NCBI GenBank assembly: GCA_019828565.1
Contig: JAHDYR010000003.1
Coordinates: 310,001-374,000, forward strand
Direction: 5' to 3'
Length of the DNA stretch: 64,000 nt
DNA from: Carpediemonas membranifera BICM
Taxonomy: Eukaryota; Protista; Fornicata
The position numbers and the translations under genes were made by a program. Below are positions 40,192-50,368 of this stretch, piece by piece. The notes beneath the pieces were generated by a model. That model did no database searches, was not told the origin of the DNA, and saw nothing but the letters and a program-made list of their open reading frames with translations. The stretch's first letter is position 1. Each line of letters begins with the position of its first letter.

Positions 40192-40860
40192 GTGTACGCC
40201 GGCTGCGCGGGCGGCGCCCACCTCCCAAGTCTGGAGGACGCCGGCCAGATGTGTCAAGCGGTGCTCGACTCGGCCCCTGCCACAGCAGGCGCGGCCGCCG
40301 ACTTCTACGTCATCCCGCGGCGCCAACAATCATATTCGCGCGCCGAGATCAGGACGTTCGTCGAGCAGAACGAAATCCTGCAGACGTGCCAACTGGTCAC
40401 GCTTGGCGGAGGCGCCGCTGTGGACGTCCCCGTCATCCGCCGCTGCCCCACATGCGGCGAGCTGACCTCGCGCGAGGGCGACCTTGACAGCTGCAAGATG
40501 TCGTACTGTCAGTGCGGCCAGGACTTCTGCCACAAGTGCCTGCTCTGCGTAGCCAACCAGGAAGAGCACATGGCCCACTACGGCGGCCAGTGCGAGATGG
40601 CGCCGCGCCAGACAGTCGACCTGCCCGAGGGCTTTGCAAGGCAGCGTACTGTCACATGCCCTCACTGCCATCGCTTGGCAACGGTTAGCGCGAACCGGAG
40701 GCAGGTCACGTGCCGCGGGTGCAACCGCACTATTGACGCGAGATCTGGGCAAAGTAGTTATTCATCCCCAAGCAGGTCCACCTCAATGAGCTCCCTCCGC
40801 TCACTGCAGACCTCGTTTAGGTCGACTGACAGCCCGCGTCCTCCTCGTCAACCTGATTGA
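40192..40860 (+). CDS. HECT C-lobe-like end + IBR/RING2-like Zn domain + Zn ribbon
   Basis: AGCAGGAHLPSLED; CPTC...DSCKMSYCQCGQDFCHKC...H...C; CPHC...CRGC. Confidence 0.7.
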   Translation: MYAGCAGGAHLPSLEDAGQMCQAVLDSAPATAGAAADFYVIPRRQQSYSRAEIRTFVEQNEILQTCQLVTLGGGAAVDVPVIRRCPTCGELTSREGDLDSCKMSYCQCGQDFCHKCLLCVANQEEHMAHYGGQCEMAPRQTVDLPEGFARQRTVTCPHCHRLATVSANRRQVTCRGCNRTIDARSGQSSYSSPSRSTSMSSLRSLQTSFRSTDSPRPPRQPD

Positions 40861-41021
40861 ACACGGACCAGGACCCTGCCTTGTCATGCTGGTCGATACG
40901 CCCTATGTGTGAGTCGGAACTAAAGGCAGGTGAGTATTAGTTCATTCATGCACGACTTGATGACTGTCCCGAAGCATTTACGTGAACATAAATGCTCACG
41001 AACATTTGAGGGAAGGCGCGG

Positions 41022-41847
41022 ATGCCATTGAACGCAGATAGGATAGCCATTGAGGCGCTAGAGAACGCTATTGTGAGCACAATATCGGATCCAGTGAAGA
41101 ACGCGCTCGGAATACGCGAGGCGACGATAGACGGGCTATGCGATGCTGCAGCGGCCATAGCAGAGCGCTACTGTGCCCAGGTTGAACGGACTGGAAATCG
41201 TCTGCTCTTTAACGTTCGTTCCTCCTCCCTTCCTCACCCAGCAGCCGCCCGTTGTGGGCATTATCGGCTTTGGTGAGCTCGGCCACGCCATATTCCAGTG
41301 CTTGCGGCCCCTCGGCAAGTTCCGCTTCCTCATCTCCACGCGCACAGTTACACCCGCGATCAAGACGCTCGGCAAGTCCGATGACGTGCGGATCTGTGCC
41401 GACAACGACCTCGTCGTCCTCGGAGCCCGCCTTGTTTTCGTATGCACGCCTCGAGTGCAGCTCCTGGACGTCTACCCGGCAGTGGGCACGAGGCTCCGTG
41501 AATTGCGAGACAGGTTCCTGGTCGAGCAGGGCATTACTCTCATGCCTTTGGTGGAGCTCACAGAATTCTCTCCCGCAGACTGCGCCAGCATCGCCTTTCT
41601 ACCCCCGCCTCCCATCTTATACGCTGCAGCGGCAGTGCCAAGGACCAGGGTCGACAAACTCCTCGGCGTGGAGGATGACACCGGCCTAGCCCAACTCACA
41701 CCGCACACGCCCAGCGACGTGTTTGACGGGTATATGCGAGAGACGGTGACCACTATGTGGGCTGCGGCAGCCATGGATGTGTGCGACGACGACCTTGGTG
41801 CAGTTGATGTCCTCGACGGGCTTTGCATTCATTACATCGGGAAGTGA
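41022..41847 (+). CDS. NOXRED1: NOXRED1/pyrroline-5-carboxylate-reductase-like NAD(P)-binding protein, 2 exons (41022-41213, 41242-41847)
   Basis: VGIIGFGELG Rossmann motif, ISTR and N..V..A.LVFVC.P..QL as in NOXRED1; the intron joins the two ORFs in frame. Confidence 0.65.
41214..41241 (+). other. Spliceosomal intron, 28 nt
   Basis: GTTCGT...CTCACCCAG; restores the frame. Confidence 0.8.
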
Positions 41848-42404
41848 AGGAGGCTGGAGGTCGAGGAGGAGGCCGGTGGTTGTTGGAACTGCTGGCCTAC
41901 GCCTCTGGGTAGACCAGTACCCCTTTTATTTCTTGCATGTGCCACCAACCAGTGATGATCGATGGTATTATCGAGCAATGCTCCTCCGCTATGACAGTAG
42001 CAATAGCGTGAGCTTAACACTTGAAACACTCATTACAATCCACCAACGCAGACATTGACGGCTTCTGTCATCATCGCGGGTACACACTCCATGTTTATCA
42101 TGCAGACCATAAACTCTCTCTCTCCCTATGTAGGGGACGCCGGTGGCCTCTCTATGCTCTTGGGATCGCCCCTGAGGGATGGCCGGCTGCGGCCGGCCGA
42201 TTTTCTTCTGTACAATAAACTCCGTACATAAAGCCTTGGCACGAGGTGATACCCGAGGTAAATGTTCATAAACATGGGTCCGGGCAGTTTGGACTATTCA
42301 GGACAAACTGTGTCGAGTGTTGTTTTTATGTCTGTTTCGGGTTTGTTAAGATTGCTTGTATGCATAAATTTGGCCCAAAAGTTGACTCTATCATTTACAA
42401 CTGA

Positions 42405-44080
42405 TGACAAGGGCAGACGGGAGGCAGGGCTACCTAATGCCCAGACGGCCAATGACAGCGGGATTCCACGAAATAGCGTCAGACAGCAGGGGCGGGGCCG
42501 ACTGTTGCTGCGATTGTGCCAGCTCGACTGGGCGAACGGCGTGGCTCGCACCGCCAACAGTCTTCTCCAGCGCAGACCTCATCTCTGACAGCATCCTGCG
42601 AAGCATGGCATCCTGGACCGCAAGCTGTGTGTTCTCCTCTTCCCAAACGGCTGTCTCGTGCCTGCACTTATCCTGCCGCTCTTTGTAGTTGGACCGCTTC
42701 TTGCTCTTTGATGGCTTGACATATCGCTCGATGAGGGGTGGCATCTCCCAACGGTTGACGCCATACAGCCCCAGGACGGCGATGAAAGCCTCGGCCTGAC
42801 CCCGAAGAGCCCTGTTCGCGACGTGGGTCCTCAGGTTGTGCTCGCGCCTCAGATCCTTCTCGCCGTTAAGCGGGCCGGTCACGACGGTTTCATCCACGAT
42901 TCCTGGGGCGAAGAGCTTGTTCGTGCGCTTGGCAGGGCTGGGTGTCCTGTCGAAACTACGCCAGATATTCTCCCGCAGCATGTGGACGTTCTCGTTGATG
43001 ATTTCGATATCAGCCTCAATCCGACCGATCTGGTCCTTCAGCAGACAAAGCTTCACCTTTCTCTTCTTGTTCCCATGATTGGGGTCAGGTGGCGCCGGGA
43101 TCTCTCTGCCGCTGATGACCTCGAAGTCCAGCGGATAATCGAAATCACTCGTGGGGTTGACCTGAGTCAACCCGACAGTGTAATCGTGCGTACTCAGGGT
43201 CTGTTCGATTCGCTGGTAGGCCTCCTGCGTGCCCTTCGCGGCCTCTCTGACCAGCATGGCGGTTCCTTTGTAGTCCAGAAGCGTCTTGACCGCCTTGGGC
43301 TTGGTTCTCGTGAGCTCTTCGCACGTGGCAGCTGGGATGGCGTTGTTGTTGTTTTGCACCTGGGTGATGTTTGGCGCGTGGGTGACCTCGGGCGGGGCCA
43401 CGTGTTGGCTGTTGGGGGCGAGACTACCTGAGGAGCGGCGGTGCCTTGGCGAGCCTGCTCGGCTGGAACTGAGTGTGGGACAGTCACCGGCGTTAGGTCT
43501 GGGAACAAGGTGCCGTCAAAGCCTGATGGACTGTGAAAGTCGGTGTTCAAGGAAGCGAGCGTGTCAGTGAAGTCGAACTGCTTCGTGGCATCGCGCAGAC
43601 CCGCCTCGCCAGCTTGACTTGACGGAAGGGGCGGTGCAAAGCTGTATGCGCTTGTGGTGATGGCTGATGCTTCATGGGCGAAAGTTGCGTTGGAGTCGGT
43701 GGGTTCGAGAGGAAGAGACAGTGGGTATGAAGCGAATTCACGAGGAAGGAATGTATCACTGCTGCTATTGGTGGAATTCAAGCTGCTTTGTTCCACGGAG
43801 GGGTATGCTTCAGCATTATAGCTTTGCAGAGCGAGATCCAGTCCTATGTACTGGTTAAAAGCGTAGAAAGAGTTCATTTCGCGTTTCAAGGAGCAATGAG
43901 GTTGTTTCAACCTACTGGTGGTGTTTTGAAAGCCATCAACTACAACGTGACGATTTGGTCATCGTGACCAATTACAACGTGACGCTCTTGAACTGTCGAC
44001 GTCGTAAACTGCTCGCGAGATTCTCCGAGATACGATGTCCAGGAGGCATGTATAACATGAGAATGGCGATCAGTGATGGG
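42405..44080. repeat. Direct duplication, copy 1 (~1.68 kb; partner 59944-61620)
   Basis: Near-identical from TGACAAGGGCAGACGG to CAGTGATGGG. Confidence 0.95.
42430..43877 (-). pseudogene. Double bZIP-like protein, copy 1 (1-nt frameshift)
   Basis: G5 at 43414-43418 versus G6 at 60953-60958 splits the ORF. This could be a homopolymer sequencing error. Confidence 0.6.
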
Positions 44081-44298
44081 ATAGCTTCATGCTACTTGAG
44101 AAAACATAAGGCTGTTCACTCTCTTGAGTCGTGGTAGTCGGTTGGCAGAGAGCATGGGGGTGATCCTCGAAGTAACGTGAGCTTCATGTGTTTACCCGTA
44201 ACTTTATGCGTTTATATACATACCGGGGTCCATGAATGTATACGGCAGACTGATGTAACCACCAGACACCACAGAAACACAATTTACAGGAACTCACC

Positions 44299-45183
44299 TT
44301 AGTAGTAGTCGTAGTTACCATCCCTGCATTGGGGCGGGGGAGGGGCCTGGTTGACAACGTACGGGTTATACTGTGGCTGGCTGTACATCTGACCGTACAT
44401 CTGGGACTGGGCAGGCTGGCCATAGCTCTGGTCCGGATAACCCTGCTGCTGGTGCGGGTAGGCCTGCTGCTGGGGCGGGTAGGCCTGCTGCTGGGGCGGG
44501 TAGGCCTGCTGCTGGGGCGGCTGGGGGACAGCCGCCTGGTTGAAGGCCGGTGCGTTGACGGCAGCGTAGGGCTGGTTCATTGCGCCGAATGAGACGGCCT
44601 GCTTGCGCTTATGGCTGCGGTTCTGGCTGAGCGAGATACAGAACATGAATGCGCTGATGATAATGACCACCTTGACGAAGATGACACAGAAGCAGATGCA
44701 CGGGGAGCACATGAAGCAGAGGAAGAAGAAGAAGAATATGATGAGGATGACCCACTGTATCGGCTCACCGATGCTGATCTTCGTGTCTGTGCAGCCGAAC
44801 GCGCCGTTGGTGCCGACACCAACGCAAATGTACTTCTCGTCGCCCGTGTATTGAACAAAGTTGAAGTTGATGGTGTCCGAAGGAAGATCGGGGTAGCTGG
44901 TGTCGGCCAATGATGTCACTCTTTCCTTGTCACTGTCATACAAGCCGTTTTGCTGGTCCGTGAGGTAGAAAGTGACCGCGTCAGTGGCCATGCCAGGATT
45001 CCAGCAGTCGGGGACGACGTTGTAGGTTACAGTGATGTTGTCTTGCGAGTCAAAGGCAGTGGCGTTCACAGTGATGCCTAGAGTAAGTAGAAGAGGTCAC
45101 AACACACCATAAGTCAAGCAATCGGTGGCATAGACAACGCTAATTAGAAGTAGAAGAATAGCAGAGAGGATATGCGCGTTCAT
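44299..45183 (-). CDS. Type-I membrane protein with signal peptide, Cys-rich TM region and Gln/Pro/Tyr-rich tail, 2 exons (45183-45108, 45077-44299)
   Basis: MNAHILSAILLLLISVVYA signal; the 30-nt intron contains an in-frame stop; hydrophobic WVILIIFFFFFLCFMCSPCICFC; QQQAYPP repeats. Confidence 0.8.
44443..44520 (-). repeat. 21-bp coding tandem repeat (QQQAYPP)n
   Basis: GGGCGGGTAGGCCTGCTGCTG repeated about 3 times. Confidence 0.85.
45078..45107 (-). other. Spliceosomal intron, 30 nt
   Basis: GTGTGT...CTTACTCTAG; removes an in-frame TGA and links the signal peptide. Confidence 0.82.
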
Positions 45184-45296
45184 TGCAGTGTGTCTTTGTC
45201 TTATAGAGGCGGACAGCTTTGTGGTAATGGCGAAGTGTCAAATCTGACAATACCTGAAATACCCGAAGTGTGACAGGCATGCAGGAGTGGTTTATG

Positions 45297-45458
45297 GTGG
45301 ACACTGCCGAAGGGGTCGCAGCCAGCGGGAAGCTTGTTGTCAGGAAGGGTCAGTTCAGTGGGAGGTTAACCCCGGGGGGCAGGGTTCAAGGCCCGCTCTC
45401 TTTTCTGCTGGATGGCAAAGGAACCCTACCAGATAACAAGGGCTTAGGAGGTGTTCAC
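45297..45458 (+). ncRNA. Candidate structured ncRNA with RNase P/MRP-like topology
   Basis: Nested helices rich in G-U pairs (45297-45308/45447-45458; 45333-45341/45432-45440; 45354-45363/45403-45412; 45374-45380/45395-45401), with GGAAG, AAAGGAA and GGGCTTA in P/MRP-like positions. Confidence 0.45.
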
Positions 45459-45540
45459 GTCCTTGAACTATTCAGCATCCCACGAGACACCGTGCCAAGT
45501 CATTTACTGGACCAGCCATGATCGATCCCACATGCCAATC

Positions 45541-47025
45541 TCATTCTCTCAGTCGCCAAATCATAGAATCATCTGTACACACGAGAAGGTCACCACATGG
45601 AAGCCGGGAGACATGCCGGACAAGCTTTGACTCTGGCAATGTAAATACCGTAACAGGTCGGACAAATGCCGGAGACTCAGCGCGCCACTCCGACCGTTGT
45701 GACAGATCATACACAAGAATCTGACCCACGCTGTTCCCGATATACAGCCGATCGCCCTCGACTACCGGGGTGAAGCACTGGAGCGGTGAGATCTGATTCG
45801 ACCACACCAACTTGTCGAGCTCTTCAAATTTGACACAATCAAACTCCACACCCTGCTTAACTCTGCCCGAGTCGTCGAATGACCGGGCGCGCCACTCGGC
45901 CACGTCCTTCTCGACCTGGGCAGTTATCTCCTTGTCTGCCTGCTTGGGCACCATCGGAGGGTATCCAGCAGGTTCTAGCATCGCGATGTGCTCAGGCTTT
46001 GGGTCTTCTCCGTCACCGCCATCATCCTTGAATGGGAAGCTGACTACCCACAACCCCGCCGCAGCCGAGCGGTAGAGCGCGGTCCTGTCGTCGATAAAGT
46101 GGAAGAAGTCAAAGTCCTCGTAACCATGGAGTTCGCCGGCTTCCGGTGCTGACTGGTTTGTGTCGTCGCCATCGCCCTTCCACTCCGGCTCTTCTTCCAT
46201 TCTTCCGGCAAACTCGAGGTCAGGCTCGAGTGTGACCGGAATGTGACCTCTCGCGCCTCTTGACAAAAGCAAGTCGAGGTTAAAAGTCTGGAATGGTCCA
46301 GCTACAGTCAAACCTGTGTCGTTCCCGACCCACGCAAGCAAGGGCGCGGCCGGGTCATCAACAAGCCAATGTGCCCACAGAGGCTCGCGGTGAGAGACCC
46401 AGTAGCAGCCGTTGACTGTGTTTGTCGTGTCTATCGTGGCCAGGGGCTCCATGGTGTCCAGGTTCCAGAGTACGAGGTCAATGAGTGTGGTTAGGACGGC
46501 GACTATGTGTTCGTAGCCGGACTTGGGACACGGTGCAATCACATTGGCCGCCCCAACAGTGAACTTGGCGTCCTTATCGCCCTTGGCGTTCTCTATCACC
46601 GCGCCTTCTGGAGTTGTCTTGGGATGAATGAGGGATCCGGCGTACTCGAGTCCGTGTGTTGGTGTTATGGCGAATGTAAGCACAGGACTGAACCCCGTGC
46701 CTACGAGGAGGAGTACCTCGCCGTCTGGAAGTACAGTGAAGGCGAGAGAGGTGACGGCGAGGACCCGCTCGCCGATGCCGTGATCAGTGCCGATGAGACC
46801 TGGCGCCATTGAGTCCTTAGTTTCTACAATGAGTTCGCGTACATCGTAGGTTGCCACAGACGGGTTTTCATCGCCGTTGGAGTAATCTAATAGCGCCAAC
46901 TGAGTGTCGCGGGCCATTGCGACAAGATCACGGCCTTTTGGGTGAACAGCGAGGATGCAGATGGATCCTGTATGTCTATAATCTTCAAAAAAAGACCGTG
47001 ATACACACCGAAGGGCTTCTTTCAT
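45541..47025 (-). CDS. EED: WD40 protein, divergent EED/ESC/FIE (PRC2)-like
   Basis: C-terminal LYIGNSVGQILVYDL and LVRHVSRLPCGDLLVCTDDSMIWRL parallel the EED segments LALGNQVGKLYVWDL and IRQTSFS...CDDASIWRW. Confidence 0.6.
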   Translation of the reverse strand: MKEALRCVSRSFFEDYRHTGSICILAVHPKGRDLVAMARDTQLALLDYSNGDENPSVATYDVRELIVETKDSMAPGLIGTDHGIGERVLAVTSLAFTVLPDGEVLLLVGTGFSPVLTFAITPTHGLEYAGSLIHPKTTPEGAVIENAKGDKDAKFTVGAANVIAPCPKSGYEHIVAVLTTLIDLVLWNLDTMEPLATIDTTNTVNGCYWVSHREPLWAHWLVDDPAAPLLAWVGNDTGLTVAGPFQTFNLDLLLSRGARGHIPVTLEPDLEFAGRMEEEPEWKGDGDDTNQSAPEAGELHGYEDFDFFHFIDDRTALYRSAAAGLWVVSFPFKDDGGDGEDPKPEHIAMLEPAGYPPMVPKQADKEITAQVEKDVAEWRARSFDDSGRVKQGVEFDCVKFEELDKLVWSNQISPLQCFTPVVEGDRLYIGNSVGQILVYDLSQRSEWRAESPAFVRPVTVFTLPESKLVRHVSRLPCGDLLVCTDDSMIWRLRE

Positions 47026-47165
47026 CAATTCTATGCCCAGCCTTGACGAATTGTCGGAAAAAGTAACTTGCGGTCAGCAAGCGCCGAATCCGCCAGAGGT
47101 CAGCTCTGATTTGTCTGGCGAGCTGTTAATGGCATTTGCAAGGCCGTGTTGTGTCTGCGCAGTTT

Positions 47166-48392
47166 ATGCCAAAAATCGTGAGCGCCGCCATGTCTGCTAA
47201 TGCAACCCCAGAAGCGAATTTTGATAGCAGCTCACAAGAAATGGAGACACCAATGACAATTGGCCCCTGGAATTCTGTTAGTTCGCCTCGTGGAAGCTTC
47301 TCTCAGCAGCTAGCCTCCAAAAAGGCATCAGTTGCGAGAAAGCACGTTGCCCTTGCAGACCTAATCGCAGGTTCTAACCCCGTGAACTCTCCAGCCCGCC
47401 CATCAATGCCTCCACCACCGATCCCCTCCTCCCGCGGCCCTTCAAAGACGACGACCCCCACGTCCACCCGCAAGACCCAGCCTGTCGGCCCCACCCTCGC
47501 CACAGAGGCCCGTGCTTATGCTAGAAGCAGCAAGCTAGCCCCAACTCACCCTGCAGCCCCTAATATGACTGAGCTTCAGGAGGTCATATCCAGCTTGAGG
47601 GGGGCGCTCAATACCGCCAGACATGCTAGGGATGAGGCGTATTCCGAGCTAGCGGAGATCAAGGCAGCGTATGAGCGTCGAATCGAGGGAATGACCGCAG
47701 ACTTTTCGACTGAACGCGAGGCTGCTGCCAAGAAGATCAACGAGTTACAGGAGATGTGCGATAAGGCAGTGGAGCTCCACAAAGCTTCAGTCGAAGAGAA
47801 CGTAGCGCTCAAGAAGCTCCTCGACGACAAGAACCGCCAGCCAGTCTCCGAGAAAGTCTACGACGCACTCTCGGCCGCCCAGCTGAGATTCAGTAAGGCC
47901 CAAACAGCCTCTAATTCCATGAAAAGACAGGCACTTGCGGCTAACGACAACGTCCGGTCAGCCTCGACTGCAGTCCAGGCCCTTGGTCAGATGCTGCGGC
48001 CTCTTACTGGAACACCGCTGCTCAGTCAGGCCAAGAAGGACCTTGATTCATCGGTATCTGGTGCCCAAGACCAGTTGGCAAGAGCAGCGGCAGCGTTGAG
48101 TGTGTTGCTTGACACGTCGTTGCCGGAGAACGGAGATGCCGGACTCTATCTAAGTAAGAGCCCCGCCCGCTCAGTGGATATCGGATCGCCCAGTCCTGGA
48201 GACACTAGAGAGCAATCGCCCAGGCCACGCACGCCCCCAGCCCCCTTCCCCACAAACGCATCCCGTCTGGATATGCTCGGAACTCGGACCAGGGCTCGTG
48301 GGACTGGGTTGGGCAACGCGTTGAGTCAGCTGGAGAGGATCAGGGAGAGCAAACTAGCGTATGACAGTTCGATGAGCCCCCGTTTGCGGTAG
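47166..48392 (+). CDS. Coiled-coil protein with Ser/Pro-rich termini, unknown function
   Basis: Long ORF with a central heptad region. The start may be 47166 or 47190. Confidence 0.75.
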   Translation: MPKIVSAAMSANATPEANFDSSSQEMETPMTIGPWNSVSSPRGSFSQQLASKKASVARKHVALADLIAGSNPVNSPARPSMPPPPIPSSRGPSKTTTPTSTRKTQPVGPTLATEARAYARSSKLAPTHPAAPNMTELQEVISSLRGALNTARHARDEAYSELAEIKAAYERRIEGMTADFSTEREAAAKKINELQEMCDKAVELHKASVEENVALKKLLDDKNRQPVSEKVYDALSAAQLRFSKAQTASNSMKRQALAANDNVRSASTAVQALGQMLRPLTGTPLLSQAKKDLDSSVSGAQDQLARAAAALSVLLDTSLPENGDAGLYLSKSPARSVDIGSPSPGDTREQSPRPRTPPAPFPTNASRLDMLGTRTRARGTGLGNALSQLERIRESKLAYDSSMSPRLR

Positions 48393-48489
48393 TGTTATTT
48401 GTAGTTATAGTACGTGTTTCAAGATTAAATATGGGCGAGCGGTGTGGGTGTTGGAAGGGGCTAAGGGCTGCTAGGTGCGCTCGGGGCTT

Positions 48490-48693
48490 CTTGTCGCTTT
48501 CCATGCAGTGTGCCTTCCTAAGTTGATCAGAGATTGTTGAACGCCACAGAGATGCAAGGGAAAGCGTATACAAACTGCTTACAGCGTGGTATTTACTCAT
48601 CAACCAGTCTAGAAAGCGCCAGCTACGGTTGAAGTCTGGTGAGGATTGATCTCAGGCGCCATGAAGGACCTGGCGTGAACAGCGCGTGTTTGC
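48490..48693 (-). ncRNA. Candidate omega-RNA scaffold downstream of Fanzor copy 1
   Basis: Lies immediately 3' of the stop codon and carries four hairpins (48657-48675, 48640-48654, 48601-48631, 48495-48566). Confidence 0.35.
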
Positions 48694-50200
48694 TCAACTT
48701 AGCAAGTTAATGATAACGAGGAAGAGCACCTCGTCGTAGTCGTAGTGGAAAGGAGATTGCTCTATCTGATCTGAAGTTGCATCGAAGGTGCACCAAAGGA
48801 TGTTCTCGCTGGCGCTCTTATCTCGGTGAGAGAGATTGAGAAGTATGTCTCTCTGCTCGGGATGCCGACGTAGCCGTTCAACGCGCCATGGAGCTCCCTC
48901 GCACGCGGGATTCTGGCAGAGCATGGTGCGGTGTGCACCACACGTCTGAAGTGTGCTTTGCAGTATGGCCACACGATGGAAGTGCGGAATTCGGAGACCA
49001 TCGTGACAGTCACGACGACGTTGTGCCGGAGCATTATGCCAGGGAGAGCTCGAGCAAAGTGGCGGTACGGAGGACAGGAGGGAGTGCCGGCGGAACCGAA
49101 CAGTGCAGCCCCATACGCGACTTCGAGGTGAATGGGCTCCTGGGGGCGCCCGCCGAGATCATCCAGGAGTTGACGTCCAGCCCGGGCGAAGTGCTTCAGG
49201 CGCAGACAGTGATTGGCAAAAGTCGCCCGGCGGAAACACTTTCTCGTCCCCTCGTTGATGATCTGAACGATGTTCTCATGGACAAACCTAATCGACTGTT
49301 TGAGAGCCTCTAGACTTGTCGTTTTGAACGATGCTGCGCTCATATTCACGCGGAAAGAGGGGGTGACAGTGTAGCCACACTTAGCGAGTACGCCAGATAC
49401 ACTCTGCCCGTCTGGGCGGCGGATCGTGTAGCCGCCCAGCGACCGAGCACCAGGGTCGAAGCCCATGAGAGCTTGAATGTCCGGGGCAGGAGTAGCCTCG
49501 GCGTCATCCTGACCGAGCCGAGCCCGCTTGTTGCTGCTACCCTTTTTGTACGTGGGCCGGTCAGCCACCCGACCGCCACGGTATTTCTCGCGACCCACCC
49601 AAACCGTCACAGCAACAGAGACCCGTCTGTCTTCACAGAGAGCACTCTGCGGAGCTTGGTGATGTCGCCGTGATCACGCTCGTATTCAGCCACCTGCTCG
49701 TCGGTCAAATTCTTGGTTGCTGACCAATTCACGTGCACACGGAGGCGCCTCTTCATCGCTGGGGTGAGCGCTGTTACTCCGCGCTCGAGGGTCATGAACC
49801 CAGGCCTGACCGGCGCCATCGTCACGAACGGAATGAGCTTCGGCTCTGGCAGAGCCTGGCTGAGCTCGAGGTTCACGGCACGAGTGAGTGTGACCAGCTT
49901 GGTCACTGCAGCACTCATGCGCGTGACGCACGACAGCACGCCGACAAGGGCCTCGGCCACGGTACCAGTGCGACCCACCCGTTGCCCCTCGGGCAATGCA
50001 AGCGCGTAACAGACGAGCACAGACGCGAAAGAAGACAGCAGCGTTCGACACAGACGATGGACGACGCATCTTTTCGTGCAGACCGACGACTGAAAGCACG
50101 AAAGCCAGATTGTACAGACGAGGGCTGAAGTGGGTGAGTGGAGGTAGTGTGCACGTCCTCTGTCTTTAAAGTGCACTTTCCGAATTACAGCAAAAGACAT
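48680..50200 (-). mobile_element. Fanzor/TnpB-like RNA-guided nuclease element, copy 1 (frameshifted)
   Basis: Across three frames: SVKTDG, RuvC-I GFDPG, VAYGAALF, RuvC-II VSEFRTS, Zn finger (W/C)PYC...CQNPAC, RuvC-III HRDKSASENI. Confidence 0.85.
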
Positions 50201-50368
50201 GATACCCGACAGCAATCAACGCCCACAGTAACCAGGCGGGTGGCACAGTGATGGTCTCTCATTTTTGTTCGGGGCCGCACGTGTGCCCAATGCTCTGCGA
50301 ATCGGGTCTGATTCTTGAAGTATCATCGGACATTTTCGCTCACAACAGCGACAAGTGTATCACATATC

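Larger units (their letters stand above)
35747..40860 (+). pseudogene. Multidomain WD40 - coiled coil - protein kinase - HECT-like - IBR/RING2-like - Zn ribbon gene, split by three frameshifts (pseudogene or sequence errors)
   Basis: ORFs 35747-36223, 36220-37830, 37679-40465 and 40192-40860 join with frameshifts near 36175 (mid-WD repeat IVSA|TVKQWD), 37822 and 40190. Confidence 0.7.

Noticed and set aside
45374-45401. GGTTCAA resembling a tRNA T-loop
   Set aside because: There is no cloverleaf, D-arm or acceptor stem. It is better explained as part of the larger fold.
50242-50254. CACAGTG (RSS/Transib-like heptamer) and a weak inverted match to 48501-48514 as Fanzor TIRs; the similar TGGCACAGTG at 59934
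   Set aside because: The matches are short and imperfect, with no TSD and no nonamer, and are absent from copy 2. They are compatible with chance.
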